A DNA stretch of 64,000 nucleotides, taken from sequence record PP813861.1. One strand, 5' to 3'. Shown here piece after piece: positions 21,200 to 39,133 of this stretch. Under the pieces are notes generated by a model, which had not been told where the DNA came from, made no database searches, and worked only from the letters and a program-made list of their open reading frames with translations. Each line of letters starts with the position of its first letter. Position 1 is the first letter of the stretch. A program made the position numbers and the translations under genes.

Positions 21200-22588
21200 T
21201 TATGGAATTACCCAGCCACCTTGTGAACGGAAACACACGTAGTTAGGAGTATAATCAACGAAAATCAATCCGTTACCAGCCGCCTGGATTTTCTGTTCTT
21301 TAATAGTGAAGAATACAGTAGATCCAATAGGCCATGCATCTGGATTAGTGAAGTTAGTTCTACAGAAATCTAATGCTGCTTGCACGGATGGTTGTAATCC
21401 TAGTGCATAAAACTTTAACTTAACCGGATATGAATACTCTGTGGCTAATTGATCAAAGTGTGTAAAAATACCATTCCCACGGAGTGGTGCTTTCCATTGT
21501 CCCATTGTCCCGGAACCAATCCGATTTATATTGATGACATTACTCTGGCCATCGCCAGCTGTAAAGTTCACGTCTGTGTCAAAGTTCTTACGCATCCACC
21601 AAATAAGATCGCTATAACCCATTAAAGTAGCAGTTGGTTGCCCTTTAGGTTTATAATAAACCATATTAGTATTAGCTACTGTATCAGTCTTTAAATATTT
21701 ACCAGTAATTCGTGAATCAAAATCACTTTTCAAATACGACTGTACATGCGTATTTTTTACTTTATGTGGATTATCACGGCGAGCTATGTGGACATTAAGT
21801 GGTTTTATAGCTATTTCATCTAATACGCCATATGCTAACTGCGGTGTTAGATAATGTGCATTAGATTGACCTAGTTGAGCAATGGCTGGAGTAGCCAATG
21901 GAAAGTTATTAACTAAACCTAGTTCAACATTAGTTGGGGTAATCTTGTGTGGATTAGCTTTATCTTGAATATGTTTTTCTAGGCGATCATTAAATTTCTT
22001 TAAGAACTCATCATAAATCTCTTTAACTTTACTACGGTATTCATCTTCACCGCTTGTATCACCAGCCATGAGTGCCTGTGTTATCCACTCCATCTCGTTA
22101 TTATAAGGCTGATACGTATCAAGATGCCATCGTTCGCCAACTAACTCACCGTCTTTCCAATATGGTTCGTTACCAGTGTAGTCGAGATCTTTTGGCTTTG
22201 GCTTACCATTTGTTTTCCACCAGTTAATATAATCGTCGATAACTGTGAAACTAAACGCTAGATCACCGCCTACCATGTGAGCTGAAGTATACACTATTGG
22301 TGTACTAGGTGTTTTTAAGAAAACAATTGCTGAACATATTTCTTGACCGACATACGCACTAGCATCTTTGTGATAATAAGTAACAATATAATCAATATCT
22401 TTAACTAAACGATTATATTTACCATCATAAACTTCTAACCCTTTTGTATAGAATCCACCATGATATAACTTGATGATTCTATAGTCGAATCCCTGATACT
22501 GAACTAGAGTATGAGGCTCGCTACCAATGAAACAATCTGGATTTGTACCTAATGGATCAAATGGTAATTGTAAAATAGGATTATACAT
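21200..22588 (-). CDS. Tail fibre/baseplate family protein (about gp133)
   Basis: LPFDPLGTNP N-terminus, NPH repeats. Confidence 0.8.
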   Translation of the reverse strand: MYNPILQLPFDPLGTNPDCFIGSEPHTLVQYQGFDYRIIKLYHGGFYTKGLEVYDGKYNRLVKDIDYIVTYYHKDASAYVGQEICSAIVFLKTPSTPIVYTSAHMVGGDLAFSFTVIDDYINWWKTNGKPKPKDLDYTGNEPYWKDGELVGERWHLDTYQPYNNEMEWITQALMAGDTSGEDEYRSKVKEIYDEFLKKFNDRLEKHIQDKANPHKITPTNVELGLVNNFPLATPAIAQLGQSNAHYLTPQLAYGVLDEIAIKPLNVHIARRDNPHKVKNTHVQSYLKSDFDSRITGKYLKTDTVANTNMVYYKPKGQPTATLMGYSDLIWWMRKNFDTDVNFTAGDGQSNVININRIGSGTMGQWKAPLRGNGIFTHFDQLATEYSYPVKLKFYALGLQPSVQAALDFCRTNFTNPDAWPIGSTVFFTIKEQKIQAAGNGLIFVDYTPNYVCFRSQGGWVIP

Positions 22589-22617
22589 AAGAAATACCTT
22601 TTAACTGAAACAGCAAA

Positions 22618-22646
22618 AAGAGACACAGCTTTTGGCTGTGTCTCTT
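22618..22646 (-). terminator. Terminator
   Basis: 12-bp stem, then TTTTTG on minus strand. Confidence 0.8.
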
Positions 22647-22662
22647 ATGCCAGGTCAGATGT

Positions 22663-22995
22663 TTATAGACGGTCTGCTGCGTCATTAAATAATTTCGCAA
22701 GTGGACCGTATATGTGCACTCGATTATAATCATCTGTCCGTTTAGGAGTCATGTACGTAGTGTTATTGAAACCTTCTTGTGCACGCTTCTTAGTAGCTGG
22801 ACGATAGTTAGCCACATTACCAAGACCAATATCCGATGGTTGCAGATTATGTGGGTTACCTCTAGCTGCAATATGCCCATTGATCCTATTAATAACGGCT
22901 ATGAATTTATTAAGGACTGCCTTAGTAAATAAGCCTTGATTACTAATAGAAGCATTTATTTGAGCATCCATCTCTTGACGTGTAACTTCTGCCAT
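22663..22995 (-). CDS. Small NPH-repeat virion protein (about gp132)
   Basis: HIAARGNPHNLQPSDIGLGNVANY repeat. Confidence 0.75.
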   Translation of the reverse strand: MAEVTRQEMDAQINASISNQGLFTKAVLNKFIAVINRINGHIAARGNPHNLQPSDIGLGNVANYRPATKKRAQEGFNNTTYMTPKRTDDYNRVHIYGPLAKLFNDAADRL

Positions 22996-23007
22996 TTTTA
23001 AATCCTC

Positions 23008-25323
23008 TTATGGACCAGTGGGTGGAGTTGGTTCAATATGTTTCACACGTGTACCCCTGCCATTCCATAATAAGGAGTTATCAGGTGAATCTCCCCAGAA
23101 CATGACTTGATTCAAAGTATTTACTGTCACAGTGAAATTATGCCCTGCTGCCAATTGAATATACGGTCCAGCATGATCATCCACGTCACATTGTCCATTA
23201 TCGTTATTTCCGAAGAAAGCGATTTGGCCATCACCATACATCACAGTGTAATGTGTATATAATCCTGATACACCACCAATTGGGTTACTATATACATTAG
23301 CAGTTACATCGTTACCACGTCCATCGAACCATAATGGCGAGATAACCGTAAAGGATGTATCATTACCATTGCGGATGATTTCCATGACATGTACTTTACT
23401 AGATTCAGATGTGTAATCTTCAGAGGCAGCTAATGGGTCTATTGAATGTATGATGATGTGGGTGCAACCAATTGACATTGAATCAATAACATGATTCAAT
23501 GGTTTAATTGTGTTGTTAACAAAATCATTAAAAGCACTAACGAAGCTTGGGATACCATAAGCTGTATATACATAGTCAGCACTGCTAGCTGGACCTATGT
23601 TTACAACAACTGTCATTTCACCAGGATAGGTATCTTCAGTATTGGTAAATAAAGCCCATGGTTTATTAGCAGCAGGTACTAATAGTTCAGATGTACCACC
23701 TTTAACACAGCGATAAAGATCTTGGTGCTCAAAGCTAGCTGATTCACCTGTTGAACTAAAGATAAACTTACCTGTTAACATATACAGAGATGTTTTATTT
23801 GCCCAGATACTTGAAGGGATATTCCCATCTATAGGTGCAGTCCATTCTACTGGAATTGGTATCATCTCATCGACTTTAGTTTCATCGATACATGCTGACT
23901 TGGCTACACCATTTTCTACCCAATACTGACCATATCGGTGAGATACCCAAGATTCCTGAGCATAGCCTAAGCGCTCTGGCATAACTACATAAGGGTTAGC
24001 TGGCGATTTAGGATGAACTATATGGTCATCTCTGACAATTGTACAATCCCACCAACTATTAAATCCAGCATAAGCGTGGAAACCTGCCATGACACCTTGA
24101 ATTAATTCCATTCGGTCATATTCACTGGTATCATCTACAATAACTGGCAATGTATCTATCTTTAATTGTGCATCATCCCAGTTAGCGTTATAGCCGGCTG
24201 CCATCCTTTCAATATCACCGAATGATGGGAATTCATCTTTCCATTGCTCAGGTGTTAATCCACCAAAGGTAGAAGCATCGCCACCACCTAGTCCTGCCAG
24301 TAGTTGATCAACTTGTGTTTTAGTATATGCATTAACCTGGTCGGCAGTTACAACGTGTGGGTTATTTTCATTACTAATATGTTGGTTAAGTTTCTCTTCT
24401 AGTTCATTAATTCTAGAAGCATCACCAATCTGACTATAGAGAATAGATGCAGTATAAGGTGTTAATAATACCGAATTATTAGTTACATCTACTGCGGTGG
24501 TTGGTGTTGCAGCTGGATAGTTAGGAACATTACCTAAATTAATATCAGCTGCTGTTAGACCGTGTACATTACCCCTAGCCGCTATGTGAGCATTAAGTGG
24601 ATTTACGGCAAACTTATTGACTAATGCTAATGTACCACGTGGGTTCGTAAATAGATCATTACGATTAGCATCTAAATGCTGTTGATCAGTTGCCATCGCA
24701 TAGTTTGGAACTAGTGCCAAGCCAACTTGTGCTTTAGTTACCCTGTGTGGGTTGTTATAATCACGAATATGTTGGTCAGTTGTACCGGCAGCCGCAGCAC
24801 GGATAGCTTCTATAATACCTTCGATACCTTCAAGAATCTCTTTACTACCTACTAATGAATCAATAGGTTGATTGTGTTCTAAAGGTGGGAAAGAAGCAGG
24901 TAATGGACCAATTGCACCCCATGACCGAATCAAGGGGTTATACTGTTTGCGTGCAAGCTCAGCCAGGATTTGTTGATTACTAAATCCCCATTGCCCACCT
25001 ATTGTACGATAATCCATACCAATCATAGCGTTTATCGAACGCTTCATGATACGTATAGATCCAGCGATAGGTCTACCTATCGATTCCATAGCTTCAATAA
25101 ACCAATGCCCAATAAGGTAATCAACACCTTCTACATAAGTCTGATTGGTCAGTGGGTTAAATAGTCGTAATGAATCTACAAAGAAAGGTGCAGCAAATGG
25201 TATAATGAAATAATAATCATCACCATCTGGTACCTGGAGAGTTTGGCGCTCACCTTTAATAAAGTTCTGGGGATTTGTTCCATTGGGGTCGAATGGATAT
25301 AACCCAGTTTCACCGTGGGCCAT
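23008..25323 (-). CDS. Tail fibre/baseplate protein gp131 with C-terminal beta-propeller
   Basis: 771 aa; NPH repeats; RCC1-like C-terminus (GNNDNGQC, IQLAAGHNFTV). Confidence 0.88.
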   Translation of the reverse strand: MAHGETGLYPFDPNGTNPQNFIKGERQTLQVPDGDDYYFIIPFAAPFFVDSLRLFNPLTNQTYVEGVDYLIGHWFIEAMESIGRPIAGSIRIMKRSINAMIGMDYRTIGGQWGFSNQQILAELARKQYNPLIRSWGAIGPLPASFPPLEHNQPIDSLVGSKEILEGIEGIIEAIRAAAAGTTDQHIRDYNNPHRVTKAQVGLALVPNYAMATDQQHLDANRNDLFTNPRGTLALVNKFAVNPLNAHIAARGNVHGLTAADINLGNVPNYPAATPTTAVDVTNNSVLLTPYTASILYSQIGDASRINELEEKLNQHISNENNPHVVTADQVNAYTKTQVDQLLAGLGGGDASTFGGLTPEQWKDEFPSFGDIERMAAGYNANWDDAQLKIDTLPVIVDDTSEYDRMELIQGVMAGFHAYAGFNSWWDCTIVRDDHIVHPKSPANPYVVMPERLGYAQESWVSHRYGQYWVENGVAKSACIDETKVDEMIPIPVEWTAPIDGNIPSSIWANKTSLYMLTGKFIFSSTGESASFEHQDLYRCVKGGTSELLVPAANKPWALFTNTEDTYPGEMTVVVNIGPASSADYVYTAYGIPSFVSAFNDFVNNTIKPLNHVIDSMSIGCTHIIIHSIDPLAASEDYTSESSKVHVMEIIRNGNDTSFTVISPLWFDGRGNDVTANVYSNPIGGVSGLYTHYTVMYGDGQIAFFGNNDNGQCDVDDHAGPYIQLAAGHNFTVTVNTLNQVMFWGDSPDNSLLWNGRGTRVKHIEPTPPTGP

Positions 25324-25420
25324 GGTTGCCCTCCTTTAATAAAACGCTATTGCGCAATTTGTTAGCGTAATGATGTGAAATTCACATAGGATTGTCCAAT
25401 CATTCCATGGAGACTAATAG

Positions 25421-26704
<1,284 letters not shown>

Positions 26705-26707
26705 CGT

Positions 26708-26740
26708 CATAATGCCCTCCCGTAATGGGAGGGCATTATG
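26708..26740. terminator. Bidirectional terminator between convergent genes
   Basis: Perfect 14-bp inverted repeat. Confidence 0.88.
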
Positions 26741-26751
26741 TTGTTTAGAAA

Positions 26752-29445
<2,694 letters not shown>

Positions 29446-29465
29446 CTAAATTTTAAAGTGAGTAA

Positions 29466-31646
<2,181 letters not shown>

Positions 31647-31653
31647 GGAGCGA

Positions 31654-32529
<876 letters not shown>

Positions 32530-32537
32530 GGTGTGTA

Positions 32538-32981
32538 ATGGCTGATACAAGAGCTGAATTAGTAGCTGCTTGGAATGTGGCTAATAAACCTAAAGATAAT
32601 AATGGTAAGCCTAGGGATTTAACTGTTGATGATGTTGAATTTATAGGGACTGATACATTCTTAGCAACTGGTACAAATGCCAAAACAACAATGAGAGCGA
32701 AGACCAGTTCACTTTATTTTAAAGGTGAGACAGTTATTTACTTTAATAGACGCTCTTTACCAGAGTACTGTCTTGGTATAAAAGTACCGGGTAAACCAAC
32801 TGACTATACTGATAATTTAGAAGTAGCTGAAAAATTAAGAGATGTTTACGGTATTCCATTTATTATAGATGAGATACAACCGCAACCTATTACTGGGAAT
32901 ACGGTTACGATACATCCATACTTTAATAACTTGTCGTGGATACCAACAATACCAGTAACTCTTGAATTTGAAAGTAGTTAA
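32538..32981 (+). CDS. Virion structural protein, same family (about gp126)
   Basis: IYFNRRSL motif, similar layout to gp143. Confidence 0.68.
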   Translation: MADTRAELVAAWNVANKPKDNNGKPRDLTVDDVEFIGTDTFLATGTNAKTTMRAKTSSLYFKGETVIYFNRRSLPEYCLGIKVPGKPTDYTDNLEVAEKLRDVYGIPFIIDEIQPQPITGNTVTIHPYFNNLSWIPTIPVTLEFESS

Positions 32982-33001
32982 ATAAAAAAAATAAAGACAT
33001 A

Positions 33002-33025
33002 GCCCCTCTCCATGCGGAGAGGGGT
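33002..33025. terminator. Bidirectional terminator
   Basis: GCCCCTCTCC/GGAGAGGGGT. Confidence 0.8.
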
Positions 33026-33044
33026 TTATGCCATTACTTAATTA

Positions 33045-33677
33045 TTACCATTCAACCTTAAATTCACCGCATTTAAATGACAGTTTATTAGATCGATGAT
33101 CTCGCCCAAACCAACATCCTTCCTTGGTAACTGCATCTGCGATTTGTGGTTTAACCATATTGTTTTTGTATGATTCACGAAGTGCAGTATATAGGGCTTT
33201 ATGACATGTTTCGAAGAATACCTTATTAATAGGATTCTTATCATTAACTCGTGCTAGTGAATGTTTATCAAGAAGAGTGTGCATTCCAATTGAATACTTC
33301 TGGATAGTTTCTAGATCTTTCTTAAGCGCCCAGATACCATAAGTTACTTTTAGAGAAGTATTAGCTTTGGTTGATGGAATAAATGCTGATGGGTCATCAA
33401 TCATTGGTGCTAATTGCTCAGTGGAATATGGATTATAAGAAAGATATTGTTGGCCATCCCAAATATACATATCCATTGTATCTTGAACGACATATAGAAC
33501 TAGAACTTTACCATTTGCCGGTAGATCACATTTTGTATTTACTTCTACAGTGTCATTAAAATCTGGTTTATAGTTACTATAACTATTCATCAATACCACA
33601 TCATCGAATAGTCCTGCCATATTCACCGTATTTTTGTTTAGTAATTCTTTAAAGAATTTATTCATTTTAGCTAGCAT
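33045..33677 (-). CDS. Hypothetical protein (about gp125)
   Basis: 210-aa ORF with AGGAG SD. Confidence 0.75.
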   Translation of the reverse strand: MLAKMNKFFKELLNKNTVNMAGLFDDVVLMNSYSNYKPDFNDTVEVNTKCDLPANGKVLVLYVVQDTMDMYIWDGQQYLSYNPYSTEQLAPMIDDPSAFIPSTKANTSLKVTYGIWALKKDLETIQKYSIGMHTLLDKHSLARVNDKNPINKVFFETCHKALYTALRESYKNNMVKPQIADAVTKEGCWFGRDHRSNKLSFKCGEFKVEW

Positions 33678-33730
33678 TGTATTACTCCTTTTTTACAATA
33701 TTTGATTAAACTATACATTACTCATAAATA

Positions 33731-33750
33731 AGCCCCTCCGAAGAGGGGCT
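33731..33750 (-). terminator. UUCG terminator
   Basis: AGCCCCTC-TTCG-GAGGGGCT on minus strand. Confidence 0.85.
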
Positions 33751-33757
33751 TTCATGC

Positions 33758-35923
33758 TTATTTGATAAGCTTAAGTAGAACAGCATTATCAACAAGAGCG
33801 CCACGAATAACTTGTAGATAAGATCCATCAGCAGTGATAATGTACATTTTGTGGGTACGTGCATCATCTGAATCTTTAGAGCTATTTAGACGCTTTGCCA
33901 TTCCCATGATTACTTGAGTAATCTTAGGTTCAGTAAGTTTACTGATAAGCACTGCTTTCTCGGTATAAATATTTAGGCAGGATAGTTCCTCAAGGCGCCA
34001 GCCAGTTTGGAAACGCACTGATAGATCTAGAATAGAATTACCTTCTTCTGGATCAATATTAACACACATACTCCGTCCAACAATAAACGGAATACTAGCG
34101 GTAAATTTATCAGCTACTGACTTACCCTTCTTACCGATCAGATATGCGATAAGGTCACCGATATCTTCACAGAAGTCATCAATGGTTACCTTCTGACTCA
34201 TTGAATCAGCCAGGAACTCATTAACTGCACTGGTGAGCCTTTCAACTAGGAACCGATAGTAGCGTTGAGCCAGCTTACCATCTAGCATTAGTTGCTTAAG
34301 GCGCTTTGCAATTAGATGCGGATCGGGTTCTTTTCGAATATCCTCGATCTCATACATGACTTCAGTTGAAGCATCAAATGGATGGGATGATGCTGCGCGA
34401 TACTCATGTGCTGGAACTACATCATCTTCGCTTAGCTCAAGTGCTTCACGAACTGCATTGAGTGCACCAGCTTCTGCTTCAAGATTATTTGCACAAGCAA
34501 TATAACCTTCTAGGATAACTGGATCATGTTCACGATTATCAGTTAACCCAGCATCATTTGGTGAAAACTCTTCGGCTACTTCTTTAACCGGTTTGGCATC
34601 ACCCATAATGGTAGATAGCTTATAACTGGTTGCAGTACGCGCACCACCACCACGATGTGCTTGACGACGGAGATCATCTTGAAGCTCATGCTTTAGATAA
34701 TCCATTTCCATGTGATTCTCCCACTTACGATATACTTCATGTACAGTGTTATCAGGCCATTTAGCAAGGAAGCGACAATATACTGCCGGATCCATTAGGA
34801 TGCTGTATGGATTAGCTGAACTAGCAGTACGTACCCAATCAGGTTTATCTGCAACTAGATGAGCAGGTCGGATTTCAATGCCACCTGGATTATAGATAAC
34901 ATCCATCGGACGATCTTTATTAATTACAAATCCATTGGGTACATAATAGTTCGGATCGAATACGAGTTCTTTCACATCTTGAGGGATGGGTAGATCCGTA
35001 TTATCATTAGTTACAGTATTTGCATTTTGTTGTAGTTCAGGTAGAATCATTACATCACCTCCACCAGGGATTGTATCATAACTACTATTTGGAGATACTT
35101 CAACAGTGGCACCCCAAGAGTCTTTAGGTTGCATGACTGGTTTGTTTTCCAGGAAAGGAGAAGAACCAGGTACGTCATATGCAGCATTTGCAATTGATGG
35201 ACCAGTGTCATGATTAGTTGTTGGTGTATATGCCCCTGGAATGTTCAGCTGCGGATTAGCCATGGTAGCCGGTTGACCATAGGTCTGTTGGATACCTGCG
35301 TTAATTGGAGGTAGTTGTGAACTCATGCCAGGACGACCCATTGCTGCACCCATCCCAGGGAAACTTCCAGGCTGTACACCAGGTTGTTGATATCCACCCT
35401 GCATCATGGTGTTACCACCCATACGCATCTTTTGGATATCTGATTCAATCTGCCCGATTACACCAAGTGCCTGTTGGATATTCGGCATTAGATGTTGAAC
35501 TAGACTTTGTAGCTGCGGGAAGGTTTGAGCACATTTACCAACAAAACCAGACCATACTAGAGATGCAGCTTGCTGCATTGCCTGCTGTGGGTTATTCACC
35601 ATTTGACGATGAATAAATAGAAACTCTAGAAAGTCAATAACTTTCTGAGCCCACTGCTGATAATAGTTATTCTGAAAACCATTACTAGATAGCAGATTAT
35701 ACGCAAATGCATGAAGCTGGGTGGTAGTAGCAGCATTTTGAGCATTCAGCCGGAACAGCCCAATTACACCATTGAAATATGGTTGTAGTTGAGGATGTTG
35801 TTGATGTGGTGATAACTGTAGCGGTAGGCTAAACAGATAATTCCCATTAGGTAGGTTAGGATCGAAAGTACTGGTATCTACACTCTCAAAATCGACAGGT
35901 AGATTGTACTGTGCATAGTTCAT
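33758..35923 (-). CDS. Conserved hypothetical protein with Q/P/G/M-rich linker (about gp124)
   Basis: 721-aa ORF. Confidence 0.8.
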   Translation of the reverse strand: MNYAQYNLPVDFESVDTSTFDPNLPNGNYLFSLPLQLSPHQQHPQLQPYFNGVIGLFRLNAQNAATTTQLHAFAYNLLSSNGFQNNYYQQWAQKVIDFLEFLFIHRQMVNNPQQAMQQAASLVWSGFVGKCAQTFPQLQSLVQHLMPNIQQALGVIGQIESDIQKMRMGGNTMMQGGYQQPGVQPGSFPGMGAAMGRPGMSSQLPPINAGIQQTYGQPATMANPQLNIPGAYTPTTNHDTGPSIANAAYDVPGSSPFLENKPVMQPKDSWGATVEVSPNSSYDTIPGGGDVMILPELQQNANTVTNDNTDLPIPQDVKELVFDPNYYVPNGFVINKDRPMDVIYNPGGIEIRPAHLVADKPDWVRTASSANPYSILMDPAVYCRFLAKWPDNTVHEVYRKWENHMEMDYLKHELQDDLRRQAHRGGGARTATSYKLSTIMGDAKPVKEVAEEFSPNDAGLTDNREHDPVILEGYIACANNLEAEAGALNAVREALELSEDDVVPAHEYRAASSHPFDASTEVMYEIEDIRKEPDPHLIAKRLKQLMLDGKLAQRYYRFLVERLTSAVNEFLADSMSQKVTIDDFCEDIGDLIAYLIGKKGKSVADKFTASIPFIVGRSMCVNIDPEEGNSILDLSVRFQTGWRLEELSCLNIYTEKAVLISKLTEPKITQVIMGMAKRLNSSKDSDDARTHKMYIITADGSYLQVIRGALVDNAVLLKLIK

Positions 35924-35958
35924 GTGAATAATACCTATTAAGTAGTTAAAGATTTAAT

Positions 35959-37590
35959 TTATTTTGCACGGAACATTAATTGAGCGTTGTCAATTATTTC
36001 ACGCACTTCTTCACGACGTTCAACTAGTCCAGTTGGACCCACTTTGGTATACATATTAAGCCTACCTCGACCATCCGGGTTGTTCTTAGGTTGGTTTTTA
36101 TATTGACCTACCTCAGCAATAGATGCGTGAATAATCCTAGATGAGTCATTGATTAGAGACTTATTATGAGCCTTAGCTGTTTTAGCGCGATCCTGTGTAA
36201 CTAGGATAGATGTCCCTTTAATCAACATACTGGAGTTTGGATTACTCATTGTATCGAGTTCACCATGGTCCACTGTTAATCGTTTAATAGCTGTCTGTAG
36301 TTTAAAAGAACGTTTTAAACCTTCGTTTAGCTCTTGTACAGTCCATTCACGATCACGCCTAGACTGGAACATATAACCAAACATACTTACAGCATAGTTA
36401 AACTCTGACATCAAGTAATGCAGTACTGTTAACCTTTTACCATACATACTAGTTTCATCAATATCAGTAGCATAAAGATGATGAGCCAAACTAGTCATGA
36501 TCTCGTAAAGAAGTTCCCAAATAGTACTTACATTGACACCAACTGTTTTAAGTTCTTCAATAGTCATTTCGTCTAGTGAATTACAGAAACTGTGTAGGTG
36601 TGAATCAATGTTTTCCTCTACTTTACCTTGGTGCTCAAAATCACCAAACACCATGTGACCTAGGATAACACGCCATAAGTTGGTACTATCTACATATTCA
36701 GGTCGAGTAAACCGCATTGGAAATGCATCGACCACATACCAGAAACCAGCGATAAGTCGTGTGGCAAAAATAGATTCTTGATGACGAGGTATAACAAGAA
36801 CCATTTCACCGGTGGGATGTTTACCTTTTAATGTTGCACTGGAATAAATATTCCACTTTTCACGTGGATATTCTTCTTCAGGAAAATCAGACAGCAGTCC
36901 ACACTTAACATCTACATTAGCCCATTGTTTGAAAGTTTGAGTTACTCCAAACTGACAGAAGAAATAATGAGCTAAACATGACTCAATATGTGGTCGATTA
37001 TCCAGATCTCGTTTAGTACGCTTAGCCATTTCATTGTGAATCTGTGACCAGATCACATACATGATTTTACGCTGACCATTGCACATGTAATGGTGGTCAG
37101 TTTGTTTAAAGGTTAGCTTAGTACGACGAAACGGGATGAAGATGCTATCATTAAGTACAGAGAACCCAACATCAGTTAATACTGGTGAACCGATATATTT
37201 CGCACCATTGATAGTTACCATATTGCCTCTCTTAAAAGCTGGTAACAACATTGGACGAGGATAAAGCATTTCCCCTTTATAACTAAACATTAGGTCAATC
37301 ATGTACATGTCAGTTGGAGCAATATTGGCAATACGCTTAGCATTATATTCCCGAGTAATCTCTTCAAAATGCTTAAGCGGTGTACATGCACGATTGCCTT
37401 CATATTTGAAGCCATCGGGAAATAGAACTGAACTGATATCAAATAAAGAATCAATATAACGCCTAGTCATATTAACACCAGTATTTGGATCACGAGTCAT
37501 GGTGTGTTCGACTGTGATACCATTTGCTAGTGTTGGATTCATGCAAGGCGTATTTTCACGAATCTTTTCAATTAGAAATGGATCCGGCAT
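35959..37590 (-). CDS. Non-virion RNA polymerase beta subunit, N-terminal part (gp123)
   Basis: 543 aa; GNMVTINGAKY resembles RpoB G.FIING.E; synteny. Confidence 0.85.
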   Translation of the reverse strand: MPDPFLIEKIRENTPCMNPTLANGITVEHTMTRDPNTGVNMTRRYIDSLFDISSVLFPDGFKYEGNRACTPLKHFEEITREYNAKRIANIAPTDMYMIDLMFSYKGEMLYPRPMLLPAFKRGNMVTINGAKYIGSPVLTDVGFSVLNDSIFIPFRRTKLTFKQTDHHYMCNGQRKIMYVIWSQIHNEMAKRTKRDLDNRPHIESCLAHYFFCQFGVTQTFKQWANVDVKCGLLSDFPEEEYPREKWNIYSSATLKGKHPTGEMVLVIPRHQESIFATRLIAGFWYVVDAFPMRFTRPEYVDSTNLWRVILGHMVFGDFEHQGKVEENIDSHLHSFCNSLDEMTIEELKTVGVNVSTIWELLYEIMTSLAHHLYATDIDETSMYGKRLTVLHYLMSEFNYAVSMFGYMFQSRRDREWTVQELNEGLKRSFKLQTAIKRLTVDHGELDTMSNPNSSMLIKGTSILVTQDRAKTAKAHNKSLINDSSRIIHASIAEVGQYKNQPKNNPDGRGRLNMYTKVGPTGLVERREEVREIIDNAQLMFRAK

Positions 37591-37599
37591 TATAAACTC

Positions 37600-38682
37600 C
37601 TAAACTTTTGGCAAAATTAAATCCATCAGTGAACCTACAATTTTAATGGATGATACTAGATCAGAGGCAATGGAGTTTAGATCACCCCATTTTAGACCAT
37701 GAATCAATACAACATCTTTTGGTTTGAATTCTTTATCAAACGTACCAGCTGCTTTTTCCTGGGCTTCCCTTTCCTTAATATCAGCCGCTGTTAAGAGCGC
37801 AGTCTTAAGACGTTCAATAACTTTCTTATCTTTAATTCCAACCATTGCAGCAGCTTCTTCATGTGTTCTAAAGAAACCATTTTCATGGAACTGTTCAGGA
37901 GGTATTACATATCTCTTTTCGCCATTATGACTAATACATCCATGCTTACCACGGATATTAACAATAAGACCAGGATCTAATGATGGATTATAGATTGACT
38001 CAATGGCCATAATTCTGCCAGCCATTACATAAAACAATTTATCTGGTTTATTGATGTCAGTATTATACGTTAAAGAATATGTTTCATTCCATACTTGATT
38101 AGAAAGTGCTTCTTCTTCTGGACTAAGTCCGCTATAACCAGGAGGACTAATATTTCTATTTGGATAAAATTCAAAATACTGACTATACTCAGTTTTAAAT
38201 ACTTGGATACCTAAACTCTGAATCCAACCGCCATGGTATTGATCCACTAGTTTTGATAAGTCAATTGAATACCAAATATTAATCTCAGATAGCTGATTAT
38301 TAAACTGATCGAATGTCTGTCGACTAAATGACTGAATATATTCTAACATTTCCTCAGGTGTAAAACCTGGAATAGATTTAGCCATAACTTCATAGTTAAA
38401 ACTATCATCACCACTCCATCGGTAAATGACCTTAACTACTAGTCTATTAGACATTACATACTTACGGGATGTCCCAATATTGATAGCGTGACCAGATGAA
38501 TCGACTACAGTAATACGATGAAATGATTCATTCCGATACTCGACAAAACGTGAGACAGGGAGATTCCAATTAGCGTATGGATCACCCTTAGTGTATGCAG
38601 TTCCCGATTTCTTATCATACGGGTGATCGATAGTGGGCTTAACTGATACTTGAGTAAGCCCCGCAATTTTTAATGTTACCAT
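37600..38682 (-). CDS. Hypothetical protein (about gp122)
   Basis: 360-aa ORF. Confidence 0.75.
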   Translation of the reverse strand: MVTLKIAGLTQVSVKPTIDHPYDKKSGTAYTKGDPYANWNLPVSRFVEYRNESFHRITVVDSSGHAINIGTSRKYVMSNRLVVKVIYRWSGDDSFNYEVMAKSIPGFTPEEMLEYIQSFSRQTFDQFNNQLSEINIWYSIDLSKLVDQYHGGWIQSLGIQVFKTEYSQYFEFYPNRNISPPGYSGLSPEEEALSNQVWNETYSLTYNTDINKPDKLFYVMAGRIMAIESIYNPSLDPGLIVNIRGKHGCISHNGEKRYVIPPEQFHENGFFRTHEEAAAMVGIKDKKVIERLKTALLTAADIKEREAQEKAAGTFDKEFKPKDVVLIHGLKWGDLNSIASDLVSSIKIVGSLMDLILPKV

Positions 38683-39091
38683 TGAAATCTACCTTAATCA
38701 CAACGGCCTCCAAATCTACAATGTTGGGGAGCCTCTTTTTAGTTTGATGTACGGACCTTCCCTTGAAGGATTCACTCTTTTCCTTATTACTTGATTTCTG
38801 CCATTTATGCGGGTCACTCGAACAATATAACTTTTCGGTGGCCCGCTTAAACTGTTTTTCTTGAGGGATCTCCTCAATGTTTTTCTTGGCATAATCTGTA
38901 ATAAAGTCCTCTAGCCCTTTGGGCATAAAGGCATCCTGAACAGGATGGAATTCTTCAAAGAAAGTATTAATGTATTTATCATCATCTACGGTAGACATCT
39001 TATTATCTACCATGGTATTTTTTTCTATAAGAGATACCCTCAGGGCATCTTGCCATCTTTCGATGACTTCTGGAAATAATTGAACGTTCAT
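38639..39091 (-). CDS. Hypothetical protein (about gp121)
   Basis: 150-aa ORF downstream of an early promoter motif. Confidence 0.65.
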   Translation of the reverse strand: MNVQLFPEVIERWQDALRVSLIEKNTMVDNKMSTVDDDKYINTFFEEFHPVQDAFMPKGLEDFITDYAKKNIEEIPQEKQFKRATEKLYCSSDPHKWQKSSNKEKSESFKGRSVHQTKKRLPNIVDLEAVVIKVDFNGNIKNCGAYSSIS

Positions 39092-39133
39092 TTGGATTAA
39101 CCTATTTTTAAATTAGAAGATCATGATCATTAC

